NCBI GenBank assembly: GCA_951406725.2
Contig: OX597826.1
Coordinates: 38,192,001-38,256,000 of the forward strand
Source: Octopus vulgaris
Lineage: Eukaryota
DNA: 64,000 nucleotides
Direction of reading: 5' to 3'
Shown: positions 29,918 through 43,684 of the stretch, piece by piece
How the letters are laid out: every line of letters begins with the position of its first letter
Position numbering within the stretch: the stretch's first letter is position 1
Position numbers and translations under genes: made by a program
The notes under the pieces: model-generated
The model's input: the letters and a program-made list of their open reading frames with translations, nothing else
Databases searched by the model: none
What the model was told of the DNA's origin: nothing

Positions 29918-30136
29918 TCTGTGTGGGGGGAGGGTCTTGTGGTCTATCTGTCTGTCTGTGTGTCTTTGTATGTGTCTATATACGCGCTTACACGCATACA
30001 CACACACATATACATATTCTTCACATCCCTCTCGCCATTCTCTCTTTAACACACTTAAATATCCCACTTTTATTTTTCTTGTCCGTTGACTTATATACAA
30101 ACACCTCTCACTTTCTCTTTAAACATACAAACAAAA

Positions 30137-30191
<55 letters not shown>

Positions 30192-30334
30192 CACACACGA
30201 GACACCTCAGCTCCTCTCTCCGTTTGTATTGAAAGACAGACATCTAAGTTTCTGTTACCCTCTCGATGTTTGACATACAGTGATCTATCTATCAAGTATC
30301 TATCTGTCGATAGATCGATCGTTCTGTATGTCCA

Positions 30335-30400
<66 letters not shown>

Positions 30401-30603
30401 ACTTCCTCTCCATCATCATCATCATCATCATTGTCATCAATTGTGGAAATATTATAGATAAGTGGTTCTCAAAGTTTACCCCTATCAAGCAAGTCTCAAA
30501 AGTTCAGAGAAGCCCCCCCACCCCAACTCTTTCACTGTAAAATCAAAGACAAGGAATGATGATCAATCGTTGCATTAAATGATGATGATGATGATATATA
30601 TGT

Positions 30604-30750
30604 AATATCCGAAGTGTACATTATTATATATTCATTACGGCCGATGTTACCAATCGGTTTCGCATTAGGTATTCAACGAACTGTTAGTAGCAATACGATT
30701 ATGTAACCCTGAGCTCATCAGAGGTAGCCGATATGGCTTCTGATGAGGAA
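30604..30750 (-). ncRNA. Further copy of the long-stem-II HHR family, with the start of an inverted second arm
   Basis: Minus strand: ggctacct CTGATGA GCTCAGGG..CCTAATGC GAAA CCGATTGG TA acatcggcc. An inverted ggcttCTGATGA follows at about 30735-30746. Confidence 0.65.
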
Positions 30751-31559
30751 TAATGAGGTATAGAGAAAGTGAGAATTTGTGGTAAAGATAATTGCAATGT
30801 TTTCACTTTTGGAACATGGATGAACGTCACAAAACGTCCAACTTGGAGTAACCTCCATGCAGTTGCTCTCACACCCAACTGACACATCAAAGAAGGAAGG
30901 ACATTGAATAACGTAACCTTAGATATTTGGTCACGGCTGGAGCGTGACCACGCCATCTAATTTGATAATACGTCTCTTAATTCAAGGTCGACCTGAGACT
31001 AAATAACAACACCAACAGGATCTTCGAACATGACCACCACCGACAAATCCTTTGTAAAGTCAGGGGATGTAGTAAAAGTAGCAGGTTAATCTCCCTCAAA
31101 TCACAACCATTGGATGATGTAATCCTAGATACATTGTGACTGAATAAACGGCTAAATGATCTCGGCTGGAACGCTTTTGATCATACTAACCGAACGCTAA
31201 ACAACAACAACAACAACAATATAATTTTGTCTGCTAAGAAGGAAAGAAAAAAAACCCAATATTTTAAACGGTTAATTAAAGGTAATTGAGAGGAAACTCT
31301 GTCATCCCTTGGACCGTCCAATCTCCAGATAATATCTCTAAAATGGTCTGATGAGGTAATAGCCATTAAAACAATTAACCTTCCTGTCTGTTGGTGGTCA
31401 CTGACACCAATTATGACGATTGGATTCAAGGTAAAGCTTAAACAATTGACTGCAATGGCGTTTCATTTTACAATTTATACTCATTCACATCATTGTACTT
31501 CCTTTCAACTTCCACTTCGTCCGTACGGATTTATATCATCTTTTGTATAATTATATAAG

Positions 31560-31594
<35 letters not shown>

Positions 31595-32108
31595 AGTACT
31601 ACTATTAATGCTGCTGCCTCTTCTTTTCCTTCGTCTTCTCCTCCTCCTCCTCCTCCTCCTTTTCGTCCGTTCTGTAGTCTACTGTACATAAGAGGTTGTT
31701 TGCCTCTCGTTCAATCCCTCACCATTCTGGTAAAATGAACTCTGTGACCCTTCCCACAACGCAAACATTACTGATTCTGAGAGAGAGAGGGTCGTGGTTG
31801 GAGGGTTGTAGAGATAGACAAAGGCAGAGACCAGAACGGGTCTAAGTATTTTATTTTATCTACACTGGAAGGGTGAAAGGCGAATGTGACCTCAGTAAAA
31901 TTAGAACGCAGAACACAAAAATCCCAAACAATTACAGCATGGATGCCAGCTTGCCACCGACATTATCTCCACCAACAATAGAATATATTATTCTGTGCAT
32001 CTTACTTAACGTGGATATACTATCGGAAGCCGCAAAACTGCAGTATTCGTCTTGCGAAAGCATCTCAAATAGACGTATTAGTATAAAAGCACAGAAGTGT
32101 ACCCGTAA

Positions 32109-33135
32109 CGTGAAGACGCGTGGCTTAGTAGTTAGAGTACTCGGCTAACGATCTTAAATCCGTGAGTTCGATTCCTTGCATCGTATTGTGCCCTTAAACA
32201 TTTTACTTCACCTTACTTCAGTCCACTCAGCGGGAAAAAATTAACTGTACCTGTATTTGAAAGCGCCATCCTTGATTTTTTTTTTTTAGTTTGTTTGTTT
32301 GTTTCAAGTTTAATGAAAATCTTAAAATTTGGTGTATTGTTGTCATTTTCCAAAGGGTTAATCTAAGAGGTTAATCTAAGGGTTTAATTCACTTTTTCCC
32401 AAAACAATTTTTTTAATAGTTACAGAGATTTGAAATTTGATACTTTTAACACAGTTAGGAAATAGGATTTGGAAGCTGTCATTTTATGCGTGACTGTCAC
32501 GTGTTGTCAACTAGAAACAAATGAAATATTTTGCTTTACGCACGCCATATCTTTTTTTTGTTTTTTTATATTTGGAATTTTCATAAAATTTTTACGAGTT
32601 TGTATTCTACACACAGGAATTCATACGATTATGCAAAAATCATAAGCAAAATTTGGTGCGTAATTTAAGGCCTATTTAGCTATTATTCTTAGCCCATCTC
32701 ACGACCACCTCATACCTCATGTGTTTTAAGCATTTAATAAACGAAAATGACCACGTAGGTAAACAGCTTGGTAAATCGGCACTTATGTGTCTGCGGTTTC
32801 TATTGGCTAAAATTATTCAAAGTTTGCAAACTTTAAAACCTATTAATCCTATTTATTAGTTTATGGTGAAAATTAATTTCATGTCAATGATTACCATACA
32901 AAACTACATCAATACACCAAGTATGAAATCAATTGGAACAAAGACTGAAGAAACTGAAAAAGTCCCCAGCCTTGTCATATTCGGTGTATCACGCTGAATC
33001 GCCCCGAGAACTATGTTAAGGGTACGCGTGTCTGTAGAGAGCTCAGCCACTTGCACGTTAGTTTCACGAGCAGGCTGTTCTGTTGATTGGATCAACTGGA
33101 TTACTCGTCGTTGTCACCGACGGAATGTCAGTTTT
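32109..33135 (+). mobile_element. SINE family C copy interrupted by a MITE
   Basis: A/B boxes TGGCTTAGTAG / GAGTTCGATTCC. Body resumes after the TSD at 32966. Confidence 0.75.
32274..32965. mobile_element. Older MITE with 8-9-bp TSD (Merlin- or Mutator-like) interrupting a SINE
   Basis: TSD CCATCCTTG / CCAGCCTTG. Degenerate TIRs GA(C/T)TTTTT..AGTTT and subterminal TTGGTGTATTG / CAATACACCAA. Confidence 0.65.
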
Positions 33136-33235
33136 TTCTATGTAAAAAACGAAAAGTATCCAACAGTAATGGAATGACTATATCGTGATTTCTGTGTCTT
33201 TGTACGTCATCAGCTGCAAGTATCCACTATCAACC

Positions 33236-33358
33236 GAAGAAGAAGAAGAAGAAGAAGAAGAAGAAGAAGAAGAAGAAGAAGAAGAAGAAGAAGAAGAAGA
33301 AGAAGAAGAAGGAGGAGGAGGAGGAGAAGAAGAAGAAGAAGAAGAAGAAGAAGAAGAA
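33236..33358. repeat. (GAA)n/(GGA)n triplet repeat
   Basis: Direct inspection. Confidence 0.98.
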
Positions 33359-33360
33359 TA

Positions 33361-33727
33361 CAGTAGTGGCATGGCAATAGCAGGATGTTGATGGAATCCA
33401 CTTAAATAGTCAAGTGACCTGAAAGTGACTCGTTGTGGATGATAGTAGTGATTGAAATCGTTCTGAATAAATTATTGTTTTGAATCTATCATTTTTAATA
33501 TTTGCGTGGGTGTTATTCTAAGGGCCTGGTGACAGTGTCATTTGTTGTGGATGCATTCAAAAAAGGTTGGTAATTTGTGATAAAGAATGACTCTTTACTA
33601 ATCAGTCGCCTCAAGAATTTAATCAGAACGATTTCAATCACTACTATCATCCACAACGAGTCACTTTTAGGTCACTTGACCATTTAAGTGGATTCCATCA
33701 GCATCCTGCAACTGCCATACCACTACT
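33361..33727. repeat. Inverted repeat with about 112-bp arms and about 140-bp spacer
   Basis: 33361-33473 is the reverse complement of 33616-33727 with a few mismatches. Confidence 0.9.
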
Positions 33728-34022
33728 ATAGCCTCGGGCCGACCAAAGCCTTGTGAGTGGATTTGGTAGACGGTAACTGAAAGAAGCCCGTCGTATATAT
33801 GTACGTGTACGTATATGTTTGTGTATCTGAGTTTGTCACCGCAACATCACTTGACAACCGATGCTGGTGTGTTTACGTCCCCGTAACTTAGCGGTTCGGC
33901 AAAATAGACCGATACAATAAGTACTAGGCTTTCAAAGAATAACTCCTGGGGTCGATTTGCTCGACTAAAGGTGCTCCAGTATGGCCGCAGTCATATGACT
34001 GAAACAAGTAAAAGAATAAAAG
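33722..34022 (+). mobile_element. SINE family A copy (5'-truncated)
   Basis: Similarity to 9235-9733. Confidence 0.85.
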
Positions 34023-34040
34023 AATATATTTATATATATA

Positions 34041-34104
<64 letters not shown>

Positions 34105-34203
34105 TGTATATATAAACTTCATTATTAAAACTGCAAAACCATCACAAAAACTCCTACTCGTAATATTTAAACGTATAACCTCAATTGTTCCATTTTCAAT
34201 CAC

Positions 34204-34245
34204 AACTGTCCGACGATCGGGAATGTGAAACTCTGAGTAGCAGTT
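34204..34245 (+). ncRNA. Decayed hammerhead motif inside a TA-flanked element with an internal inverted duplication (about 34090-34350)
   Basis: aactgt CCGACGA tcgggaatgt GAAA CTCTGAG TA gcagtt. Stem I has 6 bp, stem II is broken. 34092-34160 is an inverted copy of 34234-34282. Confidence 0.5.
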
Positions 34246-34374
34246 TTTGTGATGTTTTTGCAGTTTTAATAATAAAGTATATTGGTCTACCTCCGGTATT
34301 CGAGCACTATTTTTCCAACCTTGTTTCACATTTATGTGCTTACTCTGCTATATATATATATATATATATATATG

Positions 34375-34652
34375 GTGATGGACCCTCCCGTCGTTAGCCG
34401 ACGTCTGAGGGTTCGAAAATTTCCTACCGAACAGATTATTTGTTTATAGTGATCAAATGTTTGTATAGACATAAGCTCACTCCCTCCATCATATCGACAT
34501 TAACTGTACATGTCGAATGACGAAATGATCGCGGAGCAAAGTGAAATGAAGCGCTTTGCTTGGGAACACAACGCAATGCCCGGTCTGGGAATCGAACCCA
34601 CGATCTCGCAATCGTGACTGCAAAACCTTAACCACTGAGCCATGCGCCTTCA
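34375..34652 (-). mobile_element. tRNA-derived SINE
   Basis: TGGCTCAGTGG A box, GGTTCGATTCCC B box, non-tRNA body. Head related to 55477-55690. Confidence 0.7.
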
Positions 34653-34802
34653 CATACATATGTATATATATATATTCGTTTATTTGTTTCGGTCACTTTT
34701 GCTGAACCGCTAAGTTACGGGGACGTAAACACACCAGCATCGGTTGTCAAGCGATGCTGGGGGTGGGGAGACAAACATACACAAGCATACACATATACAT
34801 AC

Positions 34803-34838
<36 letters not shown>

Positions 34839-34930
34839 GACGGGCTTCTTTCAGTTTCTGTCTGCCAAATCCACTCACAAGGCTTTGGTCGGCCCGAGGC
34901 TATAGTAGAAGACACTTGCCCAAGGTGTCA

Positions 34931-34973
<43 letters not shown>

Positions 34974-35111
34974 CTTCACACACACACACATATATACATA
35001 TTGTATGTATGAATGTATGCATAACCTATTGTCCTTCTGTTGCCAACAATCATTAGATCTCTACCTCTATTTTCTGAGCGTCAATGTTCAACAGATCTTT
35101 ATTTTACTCCT

Positions 35112-35241
<130 letters not shown>

Positions 35242-35566
35242 ACATTAATTTGCCAAATTTGCAAATTGGATAATTTCTACGATTACTTTCACAAAGATTG
35301 TCTTATTTTCTAAGATGCAAATCTTATTTCTTTGAACTAAGCACATGTCAAATAATTAAAAGAAGACAGGTTAATTGCTTAATTATTCCAATAGCAAGTT
35401 ACTTGGTTCTTGTAAATTTTGAGTTTTGGCGAAAATTACACTTCACATTCTTCTACACTTAAGCTGTATACAAGAAACATTTTAGAAGCCAGACGAGTCT
35501 ATTTTAAGGTTAGCAACAGTTCAAGTAGTAGTAGTAGTGATAGTAGTAGTAGTAGTAGTAGTAGTA

Positions 35567-35785
35567 ATGGTTTCAAATTTTGCCACAAGTGCAGCAATTT
35601 TAGCGGGAGGAGGATGAGTCGATTACATCGACCCCAGTACTTAACTGGTACTTAGTTTATCGACCCCTAACAAATGAAAAGCAAAGTCGACCTCGACAGA
35701 ATTTGATCTCAGAACGCAAAGACGGACGAAATGCCGCTAAACATTTTGCCCGGCCTGCTAACGATTCTGCCAGCTCGCTGCCTTC
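35567..35785 (-). mobile_element. SINE family B copy
   Basis: Reverse-complement similarity to 4196-4408. Confidence 0.85.
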
Positions 35786-35815
35786 ATAATAATGATAATG
35801 ATAATAATAATAATG

Positions 35816-35877
<62 letters not shown>

Positions 35878-35879
35878 CA

Positions 35880-36410
35880 TGGCTTTTGATCTTAACTCAT
35901 TGGAAGTGTTATCATGTACATTGTTTTGTCTTGGTATAAAAGATGGGCTACAGCAAATATTCTGCTCAATACCACAGATTTGCTTGTCAGTTGTTTGACC
36001 TTAACAAGTTGACCATGTCCCTTAGCGGCTGACAATATGTGCATCTCTGATCATGAGCAAAAGTAGTGGGGGAGCATCATAGCCGTGTGTTGAAAGGAAT
36101 TCTTGGAGGCTTGGATAATTCACCTTTGGAAACATGGGTGATTCGTTCAACATCCTTAAACAATCCTTATTCAGGGACCTTTTGAGCGGGATGGGCTACT
36201 CGACCAGAAGAAAATTCTAACTGGGCCCAACTACAAGGTCATGCGTTGTTTATCTTCGTATGGGGTCTCCATGTTGCGCACATATGGTTGCGCGAAGCAT
36301 GTGCCTGGTGTACCCTTATCAGAGGGTTAGTCATGATGGGTATATTGGGCTTCGTATATTTTTACCCCGGCGTCACTTTGATGGCATGCGCTGCTCTCCC
36401 ACTCAGTATG
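35880..36410 (-). mobile_element. Probable dispersed repeat (retroelement UTR-like) flanked by (AAT)n/(ATT)n tracts
   Basis: Complex block bounded by trinucleotide repeats. Family not determinable from this window. Confidence 0.35.
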
Positions 36411-36560
36411 GATATTAATAATTATTATTATCATTATTATCATTTCTCTTTATCATAGGTCTTGTTGGAGTTCCCGGAGTCTTTCATGCGTAGTGCGCTT
36501 GCCACCTGCAACCTACGATACCATGTTATCCGTTCTTTTCAGATATCTAATACTTTTCTG

Positions 36561-36615
<55 letters not shown>

Positions 36616-36693
36616 GGAGTTAAGAGCTCTTTCGAGGTTATGATAGCCAAAACGTTAGTTACATTGTAATGGAGAAAGCAGAGAACAGGTCGG

Positions 36694-36724
<31 letters not shown>

Positions 36725-37171
36725 CATACACTCATTGCCCAAAACATCAAGGTATTTCTTTCTTGCAGCATAAAATTAATTGCTTTTTATTCCTGCTTCT
36801 GTTCGTAGTTGATTTTCTTCAGTTCCTGAAACCTTTTAAACGTTTAAATGTTTCGTCCTTATACAGTGCTTCACAGCGAGACAATATGTTGGTTTCTCGG
36901 GGAAGGATTATAAACTAAAATCCTCTCCAATAGATAAATTGTTTCTTAATCGTTCTTAAACAGTAAAATATTTTATCATATATGAACGCCATTTTACGTA
37001 ACCTTTTTCAAAAAATAATAAAAAAACGTATTTTTATGCTACTGTTGTTTCTGTTATCGCCGATTTTTTTTTTAGTCAAAAAATATACAACTTGCTAAAC
37101 TTGCTAAAATGGTACTCCATCTGCAGCTAGTCTTAATATGGACCTAAATTGCCCAAAATAAGCAACTTCAT

Positions 37172-37298
<127 letters not shown>

Positions 37299-38030
37299 AG
37301 TTTCCGGTTTTTGTTGTTGTCGTTGTTGTTCAGACCAAAGTCAGCCCTGATCCTAGTAGACTTATGACAAAAAATAAAAAAAGAACATTCCAGCTACCAC
37401 CATGTACTTCATCCATGATGAAGCATTTTGTTTTTGTTATATTCTCTCTTCTGAGAATGACTCATTGCTTTGTAATGAGTCTTAGATTGGAGAGGGCAGT
37501 AAAGAATGCTTCGTCATGGCTATAGCAGAGGGAGATTCGGGTTCGAAGTGGATGGAACCCGTAGCTATCTACCTGGTTCCTCACTAAAGGAAGTTTTTTT
37601 AATTAAACAAAAAACAGTTTCCTTGAATATTGAAAAGACTGCTCCTCCTGCAGCCTTGTTCCATCTTACCAAGTTTCTCTTTGAGGCTTTCGCTTCAAAG
37701 TCAGGTGTGGTGGCTGCAGGGTTAACAGAAGTAGTGGGGTAATTGGATTACAGAGTGGGTCAAAAACAAGAACCCTAGACATTTCCTAACAGCATCACTA
37801 CTGCTCGGTACCGCATTGTCAGAAGGGGCTCGTTGTGACACCCAGCCAAATGCGGATGAGGTGATGTCCCCAATGCAAGATGTATTGGGGGGACACCTTC
37901 ATCAGAGGAAATTTTTTTTGGGGGGGGGGTAGGAAAAGGAGGCAGCCAAGATCATTTAGTCCTTATTCCAGAACTAAAATGGGACGACATATCAGTCTTT
38001 TTATACTTTATAACACTGCAACCCTTACAC

Positions 38031-38282
38031 AAGTGGGTCTCAACCGGGGTTTATGTGACCCTTAAAGGCTCCATATAAAATTTTGTTATCAAAATTAGTC
38101 TGCAACAAATTGGTTAAACGTCTACAATACACAAAATATTCTCTATACAATTCCTAAAATTATTTAATTATAAAAATATTATAGGATTTTTGAAAACATC
38201 GACTGGCTATGGGGGTGGGTCCAGTAGAGTAAAATAGGAACCAAAGGGGTTTCCTAGGGGAGAAAAGGGTCGAGAACCATTG
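38031..38282. mobile_element. hAT (Charlie-like) MITE
   Basis: TIRs AAGTGGGTCTCAACC / GGTCGAGAACCATTG. TSD CCTTACAC / CTTTACAC. A related right end lies at about 55700-55877. Confidence 0.8.
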
Positions 38283-38515
38283 CTTTACACTAAAATTCTA
38301 AATGCTCCATCTTCACCTCCACTACAACCGCACTAACCGTCCTTTCAGCACCACCAATACTACTACAATACTAACTGTCCCATCTCTCTACCACTACAAC
38401 CCTTACTACAGTACTAATTACTCCTTCACTCCACAAACTACCACCACTACTGCATCCTTGTCTCGTCTCATCTCCACAACCACTACCACGAAATTTCTCT
38501 CTCTCTCTTTCTCTT

Positions 38516-38557
<42 letters not shown>

Positions 38558-38937
38558 CTTAATTTCCCCTATTAACTCAGTCACATCACCCTAATTACAC
38601 CCAGACAGACACCTATACACCCACCTAAACACAAATTACAAACATCAATTTCTCTTTTATGTCATTGTTCTTCACTCTTCTCTCCTCTCTCTCCTCTCTC
38701 TCTCTCCTCTCTCTCTCCTCTCTCTCTCTCCTCTCTCTTTCCTCTCTCTCTCTCTGCCTCACTCTAGACATACATAATACACACACCTACATACAAGCAC
38801 GCACACACGCACATATATATATGTATACATACATATATATGTATATATATATATATACTTATATATACATATATATTATATATATACCTACACACACACA
38901 TATATATAAATTACATTATATATATACAGAGGGAGAA

Positions 38938-38974
<37 letters not shown>

Positions 38975-39301
38975 AAGACAGCAAGAGAGAGAGAACGAGA
39001 GAGAGAGAGAGACAACGAGAGACAGACAGACAGACAGGCCCTTTGATAGTAGCGCTACCACCGCTGCTGCTGCCACTTGTCAGCATTTGCCGTCAACCCT
39101 AGGCAGATAATAAAGCATTTCCTGTCACACACACATTTATTACAAATGTCCAGCTGCCATATCTTTCAATGTAATTTGCTCTTTAAAACAACTTCTAATT
39201 TGTAAACTATTTACTTTTCATGGAGCTTTAGGAAGGAAACTGGGTCCTTCACATCTGAATTAAAAGAAAAAAACTGTTAAACATCCGAAAGCAATTATCG
39301 C

Positions 39302-39826
39302 TTTCTAAGATATAGACACAACGTCGTAATTTCTATGACAGTCATAACGTCACAATTGCTTAGCAAAACTCCACAGTTGCTAAGATATAAGCACAATGTC
39401 ACAGTTTCTATGATATGGGTACACCATCACGGCCTCTAAGATATAGACACAACGTCGTAATTTCTATGACAGTCATAACGTCACAATTGCTTAGCAAAAC
39501 GCCACAATTGCTAAGATATAAGCACAATGTCACAGTTTCTATGATATGGGTACACCATCACGGCCTCTAAGATATAGACACAACGTCGTAATTTCTATGA
39601 CAGTCATAACGTCACAATTGCTTAGCAAAACACCACAGTTGCTAAGACATAAGCGCAATGTCACAGTTTCTATGATATGGGTACACCATCACGGCCTCTA
39701 AGATATAGGCACAATGTCACAATTTCTATGACATGGGAACACTGTCACGGTTTCTAAGATATAGGCAGAATGTCACAGTTTCTGAAATATAGGCACAACG
39801 TCAGAATGTCACAACGTCACAACGTC
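39302..39826. repeat. Higher-order minisatellite: 131-bp unit x3 plus a degenerate tail, built from ~27-28-bp subunits
   Basis: TATAGACACAACGTCG at 39311, 39442 and 39573. Subunit consensus about TTTCTAAGATATAGGCACAATGTCACAG. Confidence 0.9.
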
Positions 39827-40283
39827 CTTTTACTGTTTCCCTGACATCTGAGCAGAAAGAGACGAGCGGGTGCGGAGTTCGAGTGGGAGTTCATTCTGAT
39901 ATGGCAGGATTGGGTTTAGTGAAGTTGTAGTCGAGAACCGAGGGGAGGGATTTGGTGGTGGGTGGGGAAGGGACGGACGTATTCTTTGATAAACAAACTA
40001 TCATTTTATATTTTTGTCCTTTATTCTTTTACCGGTTTCCGTTATTGAACTGTGGCCATGCTGGAGCATCGCTATCTAACCAATATCATTATCTCCAAGA
40101 ACAAAAACCAGTTTTTCTTCCCCGTGTCTAGTAATAAGTTTATATTTAGATATTATGTAAAAACGCCATTAGTGAGATTTGTTGTGGTTGTTGTTGTTGT
40201 TATTTTTAATTTGTGAATATTCTAGTGTTTCGTCAACAACAACAACAACGACGACGACAGCAGCAATAACAACAACAACAACA

Positions 40284-40315
<32 letters not shown>

Positions 40316-40544
40316 AATTGTGACAATGCACGGCAAGAACAGTGGCATCTACAATAACAACAACAAAATAACAACAATAACAACAATAACAACCACAAGT
40401 ACTACTATAACGAAAACAACAACGTCAACAACAACAGCTTCTGCTGCTGCTGCTTAATTGTCAAATATCTTTACAAAAATCAATTTTTGCACAATTATTT
40501 CTTTTCCTTTCAAATCAATATCCCAACTGACGAATAATACATAT

Positions 40545-40810
40545 ATACATATCGTTGCTATTATGTTAAACTGTCGTATGTCCAAATTTGGCCAAATGCG
40601 GCTTTTTTTTCAATATTCATTTTTGCTTGCAATAGTCGGTTCTTTTTGGTCAAACTATCGTATCTCCATCTGCTTCAGGTACCAAGATACCAAAAATTAT
40701 CAAAGTGCAGTGCAACGGTTTTGCTATGGAATGGTCAAAATATTTTTTCGTTTTCTGATAAAGCAAAGTTTTGGACTTACGACACTTTTGCATAATAACA
40801 ACTGTATACG
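40545..40810 (+). mobile_element. About 260-bp MITE-like dispersed repeat, intact copy
   Basis: Short TIRs TATCGTTG..TATTATG / CATAATAACAAC. Other copies at 15030-15292(-) and 42330-43030(+, interrupted). Confidence 0.75.
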
Positions 40811-41366
40811 TGTGTGTGTGTGTGTGTGTGTGTGTGCATACATACAAACACATACACCTCCATAGAAAAATGTTCGACCGTCAAAACTCTCCAACGTTTT
40901 GGTAAACTATCCCAGCTGTAACCAATAGCAACGCCTGTAAACAAACAGACATGAAGAATGTCTGCAGAATACATAGGCTGTAAGTTTAGAAGCGTCTAAT
41001 GTTGTGTTTCGTGTGAGGTGTTGAAATACTCTGTAAATATATTCCTCTGCAGAAACTGAATAATTATTATATTCTTGCGCGGAAATCTCTTTCTTTTTGT
41101 GTTCAAGAGAGTGCTTCTTCGTTTACGAGAACGAGGGTTTAATGGGGGACAGGGGTGCAGACAGGAATCTGTTTGGGTCGGTGAGAACATACGAAATTAT
41201 GGGAGTGGTGAGTGGGTGTATATATATTCACACACACACACACCCCTCTCACGAACATATGAATATAGATATGCCTGTGTAGGTATGTATGTTTGTGTGT
41301 GTGCGTGTGTATGAGTACGTGTATGTAGATATATATGTACGTATTATGTACGTATGCAAAAGACAA

Positions 41367-41462
<96 letters not shown>

Positions 41463-41850
41463 CAGAAGCTTGTTTCCCGACCACATGGTTCTGGTGTTAC
41501 TCCCTCTCCGTGGCACCTTGAGCAAGTGTCTTCTACTATAGCCCTAGGCCGACCAAAGCCTTGTGAGTGGATTTGGTAAATGGAAGCTGAAAGAAGTCGT
41601 ATATATATGTGTGTGTGTGCGCGTTTGCGTGCGCGTGTGTGTGTGTGTGTGTTTATCCCCTACTATTGTTTGACAACCGGTGTTGGTTTGTTTATGTTCC
41701 CGTAATTTTCGGCAAAAAGAGTGTGATAGAGTAAGTACCAGGCTTTACAAGAAAATAAATACTGGATTCGGTTTGTTCTGCTAAACCCTTCAGCACGGTG
41801 CCCCAGCATGGCCGCAGTCAAACGACGGAGACAAGTAAGAGATAAAAGAT
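41463..41850 (+). mobile_element. SINE family A copy
   Basis: Similarity to 9235-9733. Confidence 0.8.
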
Positions 41851-42329
41851 ATATGAACGTATACGTATGTATATTAGCGTGGGTGCGTGTGTGTTTGTGT
41901 CAATGTGCGTGTGCGTATATGTGCATGTGTGTGTGTGTGTGTGTGTGTGTGTCAGCGTAATTTGTTTTTAATAGGAAGGAAGTGTAAGATGTCAGTGTTG
42001 TATGATAGTGAACATTAGGGTGTGGTGTTACTAATCACGTGTATATGTGTACCTATATATGTTTGTGTGCGTGTGCGTGTGTGTGCGTGCGTGTGTGTGT
42101 TTGTGTGTGTGTGTGTGTGGGTGAGTGTGGGTGTGTATAAGTGTAGGATGATGTGACTATCAGCAAATATTTTTGGCTGTTGATCGTCTGTATTTAGAGA
42201 CATACCCCATTTAAAGTATGGCGTGGTGTGTGCATGTGTGTGCGAGTGTGTGTGTGCGAATGTGTGTGTGTTTGCGAGTGTGTGTGTGTTTGCGAGCGTG
42301 TGTGTGTGTGTACTGACCAACAGATGAAT

Positions 42330-43030
42330 ACATATCGTTACTATAATGTTAAACTGTCGTATGTCCAAATTTGGCCAAATGCGTTTTTTTTTTTTCTAAT
42401 ATTTATTTTGGATCTTTTCGGTTTGAACGGCAGTTTTTAACAATTTCTAGGTAACTAAAAAAATTTTAAACATCGTATACTGGTAGAATGTGTTTATAAA
42501 ACATCGTTTTCTCTTGGCTTTATTGAGAAAATTCTATAGTTTGTAAGATATTTGTTGTTTTTTTTCTTCAATTTCTGCAATTTCAACCAATCAGTGAGTT
42601 AAAAAGCATTCTGTGCCGTATGAATATGTCCCTCGTTTAAGAAACAGATTGGGTTTATTTACATTTGTGAAGAAAAAAGTTACCCTTCCCCCACTCCTAC
42701 CCCTAACCCTAACCCTAATAGAGATTGAAATGCAATAGATCGATTCTATGGTCATAATTATGGTTGACAATTTCATATAACACCGCTAGAAAAAACTGCC
42801 GTTCAAACCGAAAAGATCCTTTATTTTTGCATGCAATAACCAATTCTTGTGGTCAAACTATCGTATCTCCAGCTGCTTCTGATGCCAAGATATCAAAAAT
42901 TAACAAACTGCGGTACAACGGTTTTGCTATGGAATGGTGAAACTATTTTGTTTTTTGTTTTTTGTTTTTTGTTTCTGAAAAGGCAACGTTTTGGACTTAC
43001 AACACTTTTGCACAATAACAACGATATATA
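42330..43030 (+). mobile_element. Copy of the 260-bp MITE family split by the Merlin-like MITE
   Basis: Flanks 42330-42409 and 42820-43030 rejoin to match 40545-40810. Confidence 0.75.
42410..42819. mobile_element. MITE with 29-bp perfect GG-terminal TIRs and 8-bp TSD (Merlin-like), containing (CCCTAA)3
   Basis: GGATCTTTTCGGTTTGAACGGCAGTTTTT at both ends in inverted orientation. TSD TTTATTTT. Nested in another MITE. Confidence 0.85.
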
Positions 43031-43259
43031 TTACATACGTACATACATATGTACATATACCCACAAGCACAACAGACGGTTGACGGATTGACTGAGTGGG
43101 GAGAGGGAGAGGGAGAGAGAGAGACAGAGATAGACTGACAGACAAACGTGATTTAGATGAGTGTCGTGTCTAATAGAGTGCGTGACTAAATCGTTTGTGA
43201 TGAACGGCAGAAAATACATCTAAGAGCATCGACTTGGGTCGCTTTTAGACATTATGTCT

Positions 43260-43684
<425 letters not shown>

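Noticed and set aside
39302-39826. CRISPR-like array
   Set aside because: Units are wholly repeated with no unique spacers, the context is eukaryotic, and there are no cas genes.
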